From Actinomycetota bacterium (GTDB lineage Bacteria > Actinomycetota > Coriobacteriia > Anaerosomatales > UBA3086): 41,570 nucleotides of DNA. Shown here piece after piece: positions 17,132-25,369 of this stretch. The DNA lies in NCBI GenBank assembly GCA_027859125.1, contig JAQIBK010000048.1, positions 1 through 41,570 on the forward strand, given 5' to 3'. Numbering within the stretch: the stretch's first letter is position 1; each line of letters opens with the position of its first letter. The translations under genes and the position numbers were made by a program. The notes beneath the pieces are model-generated. The model was not told the DNA's origin and ran no database searches. It saw nothing but the letters and a program-made list of their open reading frames with translations.

Positions 17132-17908
17132 TCAGAGAAGACTGACCCTCACCTCGGGAATGAGGGTTTCTGCAAGACCACGTTCCGAGGAAGTGATAGG
17201 TCCCTCACGAAGCTGAATGTCCAACCCTCTTTCAAAACCAAGAATGACTGCGGCCCTAAGGGCTGCCTCACCGGGCGGAGTCAGCAGCCTGTCTGCCAGA
17301 GTTGCCGTGTTAGCTGCAAGATCGGATCGTTCAACATCATCCAGACGAAAGACTCTGGACTCACGCTCGATGTCACGGTTCACGACGAACGAGCCGTGCT
17401 GCATTACCGTGCCACCCTGCCACACCTGTGCGGAACCCGAGAGCTTGGCCGCGCCCACTGAGAGATCCGCATGCGTAGCATGGAGATAGCATGCCGCAGA
17501 ACCGCGCTCCCCTCGCGATCGAGACGTCAGCTCCGCCTCCACTCCTAGCTCTCGGTACGCCTCAACAAGAGCGGCGCAAAGGTGCCGATAGCTGGCTGAC
17601 ACGCCCCTCGGCACCCCATCCGCCGCCGAAGCCACGACCGAGTACGTGAGCTCGTCGTCGTGGAGTACTCCTCGGCCACCCGTGAATCGACGCACGACAT
17701 CGATTCCTTCCCGGCTGAGCACACCGGGATCGACGTCATTCGCATCCTGGAATCTACCCAGGGTCACCGTGGGACGTCGCCATCCGTACAGCCGCACCGA
17801 CGGCGGCGAATCGCCCTTCTCTTTGGATAACTGAACGGCCCGGTCAATGGCCATGTTCCAATGGCCGTCCTCCGAGCCGTCCAGGATCAATCTCCACTCT
17901 TGCGTCAT
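17132..17908 (-). CDS. lipM: octanoyltransferase / lipoate-protein ligase family (LipM-like)
   Basis: BPL/LPL catalytic-domain features (RFTGGRGVLHDDELTYS, KLSGSAQ). There is a Cys exactly 15 residues before the conserved Lys (C-YLHATHADLSVGAA-K), the same spacing as LipM C150/K165. It is adjacent to the gcv genes including gcvH. Start set at MTQEWRLIL (17908), with the ORF extending to 17935. Confidence 0.7.
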   Translation of the reverse strand: MTQEWRLILDGSEDGHWNMAIDRAVQLSKEKGDSPPSVRLYGWRRPTVTLGRFQDANDVDPGVLSREGIDVVRRFTGGRGVLHDDELTYSVVASAADGVPRGVSASYRHLCAALVEAYRELGVEAELTSRSRGERGSAACYLHATHADLSVGAAKLSGSAQVWQGGTVMQHGSFVVNRDIERESRVFRLDDVERSDLAANTATLADRLLTPPGEAALRAAVILGFERGLDIQLREGPITSSERGLAETLIPEVRVSLL

Positions 17909-17916
17909 GCGGTCAG

Positions 17917-19413
17917 CTACTCTCCGACACTCCACCTGAGGTCGGGTCGCTTGACCGCCCGCGCCTCATCCACTCGGCGAACCGGTGTGCTATAGGGCGC
18001 ACCCTTCACAGTGTCCGGATCCGTCGACGCTTCTTCCGCAATCGCGATCATCACATCTGCGAACCGGTCCAGATCGGCAAGAGGCTCGGTCTCTGTCGGC
18101 TCTATCATCAGTGCTTCCTCGACGATCAGCGGGAAGTAGACCGTCGGCGGATGGAATCCGTAGTCAAGGAGTCTCTTGGCTATGTCCAGCGCTCTAACAC
18201 CATGCTCCTTCTTCTGTCTGCGACCAGAGAGCACGAACTCGTGCATGCAGTGCCTGTCGAAGGGCAGCTCGTACGTATGCTTGAGACGTTCCTTGAGGTA
18301 GTTGGCCGAGAGAACCGCTTGCTCAGCGGCTTCCTTGATACCAGCACCGCCAAGCGCACGGACATACGTGTATGCACGAACCAGTACGCCGAAGTTTCCA
18401 TAGGAGGACCTCACCCGGCCTATGCTGCATTCAGGCGTGCTGAGCCCGTATGTACCGTCGTCGTACTTGACCGGGATCGGACCAGGTAGAAATGCTCCCA
18501 GCGACGGCGTCACGCACACGGGCCCCGCGCCGGGGCCGCCACCCCCGTGAGGTGTGGAGAATGTCTTGTGCAGATTGATGTGCAACGCATCGAAGCCCAT
18601 GTCCCCGGGGCGAGACACGCCCATGATCGCATTGAGGTTGGCCCCATCGCAGTATGCGAGTGCCCCGACCTCATGCACGGCAGCGGTGATCTCCAGGATC
18701 TGATCGTCAAAGAGGCCCACTGTGTTGGGATTCGTCAGCATCAGCGCCGCGACGTCCGTGTCGAGCGCCTCACGCAACGCCACGAGGTCGACACGTCCCC
18801 TGTCATCACTGGGCACGGTGGTAACCTCGTAGCCGCACATGGAGACGGTCGCGGGGTTCGTGCCATGAGCGGTGTCCGGGATGATCACTCTTGAGCGAGG
18901 GCCCCCGTTGGCCGTATGGAACGCACGAAAACACAGGAGCGCCGTCAGTTCGCCGTGAGCTCCCGCAGCGGGCTGCAGAGTGACGCTGGGCAGGCCCGAG
19001 ATCTCGCCGAGAACATCAGCGAGTGTGACCATCAACTCGAGGGCACCTTGTATGGCTCCAACCGGCTGAGCCGGATGAAGGGCTGCGAAGCCCTCGAGGC
19101 GCGCCGCATCTTCGTTGATTCGTGGGTTGTACTTCATGGTGCACGAACCAAGCGGGTACATACCGGAATCCACGCCAAAGTTCATGGAGGCCAAGTGCGC
19201 GTAGTGACGGGCGACCTCCACCTCGGTCACCTGCGGCAGATGCGGCAGCACACTTCGCGCCGCACCACCCAGGACCTCATCGAGATCCACGTCGGGAACG
19301 TCCAACTCTGGCGGGACAACACAACGAGCATCATCCGAGCCGACCTCGAGTATCAGACCACGTGGACCTCGCTTGGGCCTCACGCCGGAGATTCGATTCA
19401 TTCTGTCGTTCAC
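17917..19413 (-). CDS. gcvPB: glycine dehydrogenase (aminomethyl-transferring) subunit 2
   Basis: PLP-lysine region NLHKTFSTPHGGGGPGAGP. 498 aa. ATGA overlap with the gcvPA stop. Confidence 0.9.
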   Translation of the reverse strand: MNDRMNRISGVRPKRGPRGLILEVGSDDARCVVPPELDVPDVDLDEVLGGAARSVLPHLPQVTEVEVARHYAHLASMNFGVDSGMYPLGSCTMKYNPRINEDAARLEGFAALHPAQPVGAIQGALELMVTLADVLGEISGLPSVTLQPAAGAHGELTALLCFRAFHTANGGPRSRVIIPDTAHGTNPATVSMCGYEVTTVPSDDRGRVDLVALREALDTDVAALMLTNPNTVGLFDDQILEITAAVHEVGALAYCDGANLNAIMGVSRPGDMGFDALHINLHKTFSTPHGGGGPGAGPVCVTPSLGAFLPGPIPVKYDDGTYGLSTPECSIGRVRSSYGNFGVLVRAYTYVRALGGAGIKEAAEQAVLSANYLKERLKHTYELPFDRHCMHEFVLSGRRQKKEHGVRALDIAKRLLDYGFHPPTVYFPLIVEEALMIEPTETEPLADLDRFADVMIAIAEEASTDPDTVKGAPYSTPVRRVDEARAVKRPDLRWSVGE

Positions 19414-20753
19414 AGGGACTCCACCTCACGAACGAAGCTGTCCATTTCAGCGCGGGTGCGACGCTCGGTCACCGCGAGGAGAACACCGGAATCGAGTGGT
19501 GTCATCGCCTTGCTCAAGTCCACCCCGGCGAGATAGCCACGGTCGAGCATGCGACGCTGCATTTCCGCCACATCGCCCTGGTAGGACAACGCGAACTCAT
19601 AGCCGAACGGCACATCCCAAGGAGAAGTGAATCGGCCTGTCGCTATGAGTCGCTCGCGGAGATAGTGTGCCTTCGAGACACACGCTCGTGCAGTATCAGC
19701 GAGTCCGTGCCGTCCAACGGCCGACATGTACACAGCAGCGGAAAGGGCGCAAAGCGCCTGATTGCTGCAGATATTGCTGGTCGCTCTCTCGCGACGGATA
19801 TGCTGCTCTCTGGTGGAGAAAGTGAGCACGAACGCATCGTTTCCGTCCACGTCCACGGTCCGACCAACAAGGCGTCCGGGCATCTGGCGAATGTTCTTCT
19901 GACGGCACGCGAAGAAGCCGAACGCAGGCCCGCCCAGGCTCATGGAGTTGCCGAGCGGTTGCCCCTCTCCAACCACGATGTCCGCGCCAGCGCCAGCCGG
20001 CGGCTCCATGACGCCCAACAACATCGGGTTCGTCGCCACAACAAGAAGCCCGCCTGCCTCATGAGTGAGCTCGCCGATGAGATTCAGGTCCTCCAGCGAA
20101 CCGAAGTAGTTGGGCGAAGCGATCAGCACGGCTGCCGCGTCCTTGACCGCCTCACGCAGTCCGGCAAGCCCCTCGGTCCGGGTGACGCCGGACTCGAACT
20201 GCACTCGTACTACCTCGACCGTGCCAGCGGCCGCGTAGGTGTCCAAAGTCTCGATCCATTCCGGGTGCACCGCCTCGGAGACGACGATCTTTGAGCGCTT
20301 GGTGACGCGAGCGGCCATGAACGCAGCCTCGACCAACGCAGTCGCACCGTCGTACATGCTAGCGTTCGCCACTTCCATACCCGTGAGCTCGCAGATCATG
20401 GACTGGAACTCATAGATGGCCTGAAGGGTGCCCTGGCTGACCTCTGGCTGATATGGGGTGTACGCCGTGAAGAACTCCGGCTTCCGAATGACATGATCAA
20501 CGATCGAAGGAATGTAGTGGTCGTAACACCCAGCCCCTGCGAAACTCACCAATCGACCCGTAGGAGAGTTTGAATCGGCCAGTTCGCGTAGATGCGAAGC
20601 CAGCTCCATCTCCCCCATCGGACTCGGAATCGCGAGCTCACCATCGAACATGACCTCATCGGGCACGTCTGAGAAGAGCGAACTCACATCCGAAACGCCG
20701 ACAGCGCGAAGCATTGCTTCGCGCTGCTCGCACGTAATAGGTATATACCGCAT
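19410..20753 (-). CDS. gcvPA: glycine dehydrogenase (aminomethyl-transferring) subunit 1
   Basis: MRYIPITCEQREAMLRAVGV...FFTAYTPYQPEVSQGTLQAIYEFQ is typical of GcvPA. 447 aa. Confidence 0.9.
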   Translation of the reverse strand: MRYIPITCEQREAMLRAVGVSDVSSLFSDVPDEVMFDGELAIPSPMGEMELASHLRELADSNSPTGRLVSFAGAGCYDHYIPSIVDHVIRKPEFFTAYTPYQPEVSQGTLQAIYEFQSMICELTGMEVANASMYDGATALVEAAFMAARVTKRSKIVVSEAVHPEWIETLDTYAAAGTVEVVRVQFESGVTRTEGLAGLREAVKDAAAVLIASPNYFGSLEDLNLIGELTHEAGGLLVVATNPMLLGVMEPPAGAGADIVVGEGQPLGNSMSLGGPAFGFFACRQKNIRQMPGRLVGRTVDVDGNDAFVLTFSTREQHIRRERATSNICSNQALCALSAAVYMSAVGRHGLADTARACVSKAHYLRERLIATGRFTSPWDVPFGYEFALSYQGDVAEMQRRMLDRGYLAGVDLSKAMTPLDSGVLLAVTERRTRAEMDSFVREVESL

Positions 20754-20758
20754 GCGTT

Positions 20759-21139
20759 CTATGCCTCGTTTACGAACGCCTCATAGTCCTCGGCAGACAT
20801 GAGTCCGTCGAGTCCAGAGGTGTCAGAAAGCTTCACCTTGATCATCCAGCCATCGTTGTAGGGACTCGCGTTGACCGTCTCAGGAGTGTCATCGAGCGCA
20901 TCGTTGACGGCCACGATCTCACCGGACACCGGCGAAAAGAGTTCAGAAACGGACTTCACTGACTCGATCTCGCCGAAAGTCTCGCCTGCGACGACTTCAT
21001 CGCCCGCTGCGGGCAGATCGACGTAAACGACCTCGCCCAGCTGGTCCTGCGCGAACTGAGTGATGCCCATGACTGCGATGTCACCCTCGACCCGCACCCA
21101 CTCGTGCTCCTTGTCGTACTTGAGATCTTTTGGATACAT
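20759..21139 (-). CDS. gcvH: glycine cleavage system H protein
   Basis: 126 aa with the lipoyl-lysine motif GEIESVKSVSELFSPVSGEI. Confidence 0.92.
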   Translation of the reverse strand: MYPKDLKYDKEHEWVRVEGDIAVMGITQFAQDQLGEVVYVDLPAAGDEVVAGETFGEIESVKSVSELFSPVSGEIVAVNDALDDTPETVNASPYNDGWMIKVKLSDTSGLDGLMSAEDYEAFVNEA

Positions 21140-21176
21140 GAGTTCGACGCTCCTTTCGAAATGAACAGTTTCGTGT

Positions 21177-22268
21177 CTACAGAGATGTCTTCTTGACGAA
21201 CGGAGGGCGCGTCACGATCGCTCTCGCCAACTTCTTGCGAATGGCGATCTCGAACTCAGTACCCTCAGTGGCGACATCAACCGGCACATATGCCGTTGCG
21301 ATGCCGATTTCGAGAGTCGGAGAGAACGTGCCGCTTGCAACCTTACCCACCTCGGTCCCGTCATGCAACACAGAACATCCATGCCGAGGAATGCCGTCTT
21401 CAACGGTGAGGCCCACAAGCTTGCGTGAAGGACCCACTTCTCTGATTCTCACTATTGCCTCGGCGCCCACGAACCCCGTCTTGTCCTTGCCGATCGTCCA
21501 GCCCAGACCGGCGGTGACAGGGTCGACACTGCGATCCATATCATTCCCGTACAGGTGATAGCCCATCTCGAGTCGCAAGGTGTCACGAGCACCCAGGCCA
21601 CAAGGCGTGACACACTCGAAACTCAGAAGCAGTCGCCAGATCGCTATGGCGTTGTCCGCGTGACAGAGTATCTCCACACCGTCCTCGCCGGTGTAACCGG
21701 TCCGTGCAATGAGCGCTGGCACGCCATCCAGGCCTGCGGCACCAATATGGAAACGATCCGGCACTTCGAACTCTGGACCAGCCAGATCACGTATGACCTC
21801 AAGCGCATTGGGACCCTGCACCGCAATCAGTGCGGTGCGTTCGGATTCGTCAGCCAGCTCCACATCCGTCGGACAATGAGACTTCATCCACTCGAAGTCC
21901 GTTTCGTGATTGGCCGCGTTCGCGATGATCAAGTACTCGAGGTCTCCGCTGTGATACACGATCAGATCGTCGATGATTCCGCCGCTCTCGTCGCACATGA
22001 GGGTGTACTGGGCGGCGCTCAGGTCATCGATCCTGTGAAGATCATTAGTGAGAAGACCTTGCAGGAAATCGAACGCACCGAGTCCGAAAACACGGAACTC
22101 CGCCATATGGGAGACATCGAATATGCCTACCGATGATCGCGTGGCACGATGCTCGTCGATTATCCCAGAGTACTGAACCGGCATCTCGTAGCCCGCGTAC
22201 GGCACCAGACGTGCTCCAAGCACTTCGTGCTCGGCATGAAGCGGCGTATGTTCTAGTTTCTGACCCAT
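21177..22268 (-). CDS. gcvT: glycine cleavage system aminomethyltransferase T
   Basis: TPLHAEHEVLGARLVPYAGYEMPVQY N-terminus, 363 aa. It heads the gcvT-H-PA-PB block. Confidence 0.9.
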   Translation of the reverse strand: MGQKLEHTPLHAEHEVLGARLVPYAGYEMPVQYSGIIDEHRATRSSVGIFDVSHMAEFRVFGLGAFDFLQGLLTNDLHRIDDLSAAQYTLMCDESGGIIDDLIVYHSGDLEYLIIANAANHETDFEWMKSHCPTDVELADESERTALIAVQGPNALEVIRDLAGPEFEVPDRFHIGAAGLDGVPALIARTGYTGEDGVEILCHADNAIAIWRLLLSFECVTPCGLGARDTLRLEMGYHLYGNDMDRSVDPVTAGLGWTIGKDKTGFVGAEAIVRIREVGPSRKLVGLTVEDGIPRHGCSVLHDGTEVGKVASGTFSPTLEIGIATAYVPVDVATEGTEFEIAIRKKLARAIVTRPPFVKKTSL

Positions 22269-22350
22269 GTCTCCCCTTTCACATGCCCGTCCACTACAAG
22301 CAAGGCATGATCCGCCGTCTTCACCTTATCGCCCCTGCCATGCGAGAACC

Positions 22351-23592
22351 TCAGTGAGATACCGTGGTCTCGGCCGTCATGGCACCACCGAATACGAAAC
22401 GCCAAGCCCTGATCACGGTGATCTTCGCTCGCTCCAACAATCCAGGCTTCTCGACATCATATGCCGAGATGATCGGCACCTGTCCCAGCAGGAGATCCCC
22501 TTGAATCACTGTCAGTGTGCCGAGTCGATCGCCACGTGCTACAGGTGCATCGATCTCCTTGAATAGGTCGATGCGACTGACGACCTCTCCATCGGCGTCG
22601 AATACCGGGAGGAAGGCATCCTCGGCAACCACGGCAAGAACGACCCGGTCCAGATAGTCTGGCACCGCTACAACTCCGGCCGTGTCATCCCGTGACGCTA
22701 TCGGTCGGACGGAAAAGTGCTCGAAGCCCCAATCCAACAATCGTCGTGCCTCGATGAACCGACGATCCTGCGAGTTCGTTCCGAGAACGATCGCCATAAG
22801 GTCGATTTCGTCGCGCTCGGCCGAGGCCGCCAGACAGTACCCGGCCCTGTTCGTCCACCCGGTCTTGATTCCTGTCGCCCCAGGGTAGCCGCCGACGAGC
22901 TCATTGGAGTTTCGGAGAGTTCGAGCTCCATCGCCGCCGCTCACAGTAGTCTCTGCGAGACCCACGACTCGTGCGAACTCATCAAGACGCATAGCGTACC
23001 GCGCCATCGTTGCAAGGTCGCTGGCAGTCGAATAGTGGTCGGGATCATCGAGTCCGTGAGGATTCGTGAAGTGAGTATCTTGGAGATCGAGATCCACTGT
23101 CTTCGCGTTCATCATCTCAACGAACGCTTCCTCACCACCTGCTATGTGCTCGGCCAGCGCGACAGCTGCATCGTTGCCCGACTTGACCAGCATGGCCTCA
23201 AGCAACTCCCCGACGCTCAAGGTGTCACCGGCCTTGATGCCCGCTGCGGATTCACCGGTGCTAGCCGCCCCTGCACTGACGCTGACCTTCTCATCCAGTT
23301 CAGCGGACTCCAACACGACAATAGCGGTCATGATCTTGGTCGTGCTCGCCATTGCCCTGCGTTCATTCGAATCACGAGACCAGAGTTCACGCCCGTCCGA
23401 AGTGACCAATATGCCCGCCGGCATACTCAGATCAGGCAGCGCTATCGATGTCGCCCCCGTCGTTCCCACGTCGACTCCCGCGACGCGGTCAACCGCGACA
23501 GCGCGCCCTGTCAACGACACCACTCCGGACGCCAGCAGCAAGAATAGGACGATTGCGCGGCGCAGGAACCGTGATTCATGGACGTGATTCAT
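22351..23592 (-). CDS. D-alanyl-D-alanine carboxypeptidase (serine-type, PBP5/S11-like)
   Basis: Signal peptide. SxxK (ASTTKIM), SGN (VKSGNDA) and KTG (GIKTGWT) motifs in order. C-terminal PBP5-like domain. Confidence 0.85.
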   Translation of the reverse strand: MNHVHESRFLRRAIVLFLLLASGVVSLTGRAVAVDRVAGVDVGTTGATSIALPDLSMPAGILVTSDGRELWSRDSNERRAMASTTKIMTAIVVLESAELDEKVSVSAGAASTGESAAGIKAGDTLSVGELLEAMLVKSGNDAAVALAEHIAGGEEAFVEMMNAKTVDLDLQDTHFTNPHGLDDPDHYSTASDLATMARYAMRLDEFARVVGLAETTVSGGDGARTLRNSNELVGGYPGATGIKTGWTNRAGYCLAASAERDEIDLMAIVLGTNSQDRRFIEARRLLDWGFEHFSVRPIASRDDTAGVVAVPDYLDRVVLAVVAEDAFLPVFDADGEVVSRIDLFKEIDAPVARGDRLGTLTVIQGDLLLGQVPIISAYDVEKPGLLERAKITVIRAWRFVFGGAMTAETTVSH

Positions 23593-23610
23593 GCGGTAGA
23601 GAACTCCAAT

Positions 23611-23638
23611 TCAACAATAAGGTTGTTCGTGTCGATTA
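23611..23638 (+). promoter_or_regulatory. candidate sigma-28 (FliA/WhiG)-type promoter upstream of the pilin-like gene
   Basis: TCAA (23611-23614), then 16 nt, then GTCGATTA (23631-23638), against the consensus TAAA-N15-GCCGATAA. That is 3/4 and 6/8 matches. Assessed by eye only. Confidence 0.2.
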
Positions 23639-23712
23639 CTGAAGCTAGGAGATTCAGCCTGTGTCACAATAGCGTTGTCAGTGAACCATAGCATTCAGGT
23701 GGAAGCTAGGAG

Positions 23713-24069
23713 ATGCGGCAAGTGAGAAGACTCGAACGGTCGGGGGACTCGGGCTTCACTCTCGTTGAGATCATGGTCGTGGTTCTGATAATCGGAATCC
23801 TGGTTGGAATCGCCGTCGCCTCGTACGTCTTCGCCAACCGTCAGTCCGCCAAGATAGCCTGCTACTCAAACCAGAGGATCCTCGAGGACACCTGCTGGGC
23901 ATATGCCCTGGACCACGACGGTGCCTACCCTTCCGTGATGGAGGAACTCAGACCCTACATCACCAACTACGACGATGTGATTCCATGCACGATCGATGAT
24001 GATGTGCTTCTGGAATACACCGCGACCGCCAATGGCGTGAACGTTTCCTGCCCGAATCACCCCAGATAG
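23713..24069 (+). CDS. prepilin-type N-terminal cleavage/methylation domain protein (type IV pilin / pseudopilin-like)
   Basis: Leader MRQVRRLERSGDSG followed by FTLVEIMVVVLIIGILVGIAVASY, which is G/FTLxE plus a hydrophobic helix. AGGAG lies upstream of the ATG. The 118-aa product has four Cys in the globular part. Confidence 0.8.
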   Translation: MRQVRRLERSGDSGFTLVEIMVVVLIIGILVGIAVASYVFANRQSAKIACYSNQRILEDTCWAYALDHDGAYPSVMEELRPYITNYDDVIPCTIDDDVLLEYTATANGVNVSCPNHPR

Positions 24070-24099
24070 ACGACCAGCACACCAGGATATGGAGGACCG

Positions 24100-24942
24100 A
24101 TGAAGTACTCCCGTTTCGAACGATTGGTGCTATTGATCGGTGGTGCCGCAATACTTGCCACCGTAGCCTTCTCGTTCAAATCCGTATCCTCTACCGAAGA
24201 GATCATCGGTCAGGTCCTCATGATCGCAGTACTCATCGGCGCAGTGCATTGGGGTCGTACGGGAGGATTCATTGCAGCAACCGCCGCTTCACTTATCTAC
24301 ATAGTGATGCGCACTCCTTTGGTCACTAACGACGTCGGTCTGACCGTCGATATCGCGCTACTCATCGCATCACGCGTGGTCGCATATGGCCTGATCGGTA
24401 TCGTCGGAGGGGAACTCTGCGGACGCATCATGTATCTGCTCGCTCGCTTGGAGGGCTCCAACAGCACGGATGACTGGAGTCACGTCTACAACCAGCGGTT
24501 CATCACGAAGTCAGTTGACAACCTGTTGGGGCAGCATCGTCGCTACGGCACGCCCTTCTCATTGGTGCTGGTGAACATCAGCCCCGAGATCCTCAATGGA
24601 CTGCGCGTTTCGCGTCAGAAGTACCTAACGCATCACGTTGCCGAGTACCTGCGCAACGACATTCGCATGGTCGACGAAGTGGGCAGGCTCAATGACGGTC
24701 GCTTCCTCATAGTCTTGCCGCAGACAGCGGCAGATGGCGGGGCCATCGTTGGCGATCGGCTTGAGCAAGGAGTGCGTGACACTCTGGCGGCACGGTGCGA
24801 ATCCGTTAGCACGACGGTGATCGCGGCACCGGAGAACGCCGACGACATCGACTTGCTTGTTCATGAACTGCTTCCGCCGGGTGCAACGATCGCCCCCTCA
24901 CTCGAACGACGCGGGACGGTCGAACCTCAGTCCCGAGCGTAG
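24100..24942 (+). CDS. membrane protein with degenerate GGDEF domain (A-site lost, RxxD I-site retained)
   Basis: About four N-terminal TM helices. From roughly residue 124 the sequence aligns by eye with GGDEF domains: DDWSHVYNQRF against DxLTGLxNRRxF, FSLVLVNIS against LLxxDIDxF, RMVDEVGRLNDGRFLIVLPQT against RxxDxxxRxGGDEFxxxLPxT. Confidence 0.7.
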   Translation: MKYSRFERLVLLIGGAAILATVAFSFKSVSSTEEIIGQVLMIAVLIGAVHWGRTGGFIAATAASLIYIVMRTPLVTNDVGLTVDIALLIASRVVAYGLIGIVGGELCGRIMYLLARLEGSNSTDDWSHVYNQRFITKSVDNLLGQHRRYGTPFSLVLVNISPEILNGLRVSRQKYLTHHVAEYLRNDIRMVDEVGRLNDGRFLIVLPQTAADGGAIVGDRLEQGVRDTLAARCESVSTTVIAAPENADDIDLLVHELLPPGATIAPSLERRGTVEPQSRA

Positions 24943-25355
24943 AGCTGCTCGCTGGGCACTACCTTGAGTCCTGCGTTCTGGAGTACGGCAGTGGCACGCT
25001 CATCATCGACCTTGAAGATGTCCACTGCGTACTCAGAGCCTGGCTCCACGAAGCAGTAGGCATACTCAACGTTGATCTCCTCTTTCCCGAACACCTCGAG
25101 GACCTCTGCGAGACCACCGGGAGCATCGGGGACCTGGACAGCGATCACCTGTGTGATCGACACGCCGAACCCATTCTCCTCCAGCACTCGCTTCGCATCG
25201 TGTGGGCGGTCGCAGATGATTCGAACCACGCCGAACTCTGCGGTGTCCGCTAGGATCAGCGCACGCATATTCACGCCCGCCCCGGACAACGTCCGAGTGA
25301 GCTCGGCTAGCCGCCCCGCCTTGTTCTCGATGAACACAGAAAGCTGCTCGATCAT
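24927..25355 (-). CDS. ACT-domain protein (tandem ACT), copy 2
   Basis: MIEQLSVFIENKAGRLAELTRTLSGAGVNMRAL... is paralogous to 7317..7733. Its 3' end overlaps the convergent GGDEF-like gene by 16 nt. Confidence 0.75.
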   Translation of the reverse strand: MIEQLSVFIENKAGRLAELTRTLSGAGVNMRALILADTAEFGVVRIICDRPHDAKRVLEENGFGVSITQVIAVQVPDAPGGLAEVLEVFGKEEINVEYAYCFVEPGSEYAVDIFKVDDERATAVLQNAGLKVVPSEQLYARD

Positions 25356-25369
25356 CTTGTTGTCCTTTC

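Noticed and set aside
19122-20294. A 390-aa plus-strand ORF antisense to gcvPA/gcvPB. Similar long antisense ORFs occur at 285-734, 4729-5457, 16151-16735, 22717-23547, 30604-31341, 32077-32871, 34508-35062, 36048-36755 and 38151-38987.
   Set aside because: These are typical high-GC shadow ORFs. Their composition is Arg/Ser/His/Pro-rich, they show no motifs, and each is fully covered by a well-supported gene on the other strand.
22269-22350. Expected a glycine riboswitch in the leader of gcvT.
   Set aside because: Only 82 nt separate gcvT from the upstream carboxypeptidase stop. The minus-strand sequence lacks the conserved GGAGAG / CACCGAAGGGGCAA / CUCAGGCAAAAGGAC-type blocks. I saw only a weak CATGCC...GGCATG hairpin. 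An Infernal scan with RF00504 would settle it.
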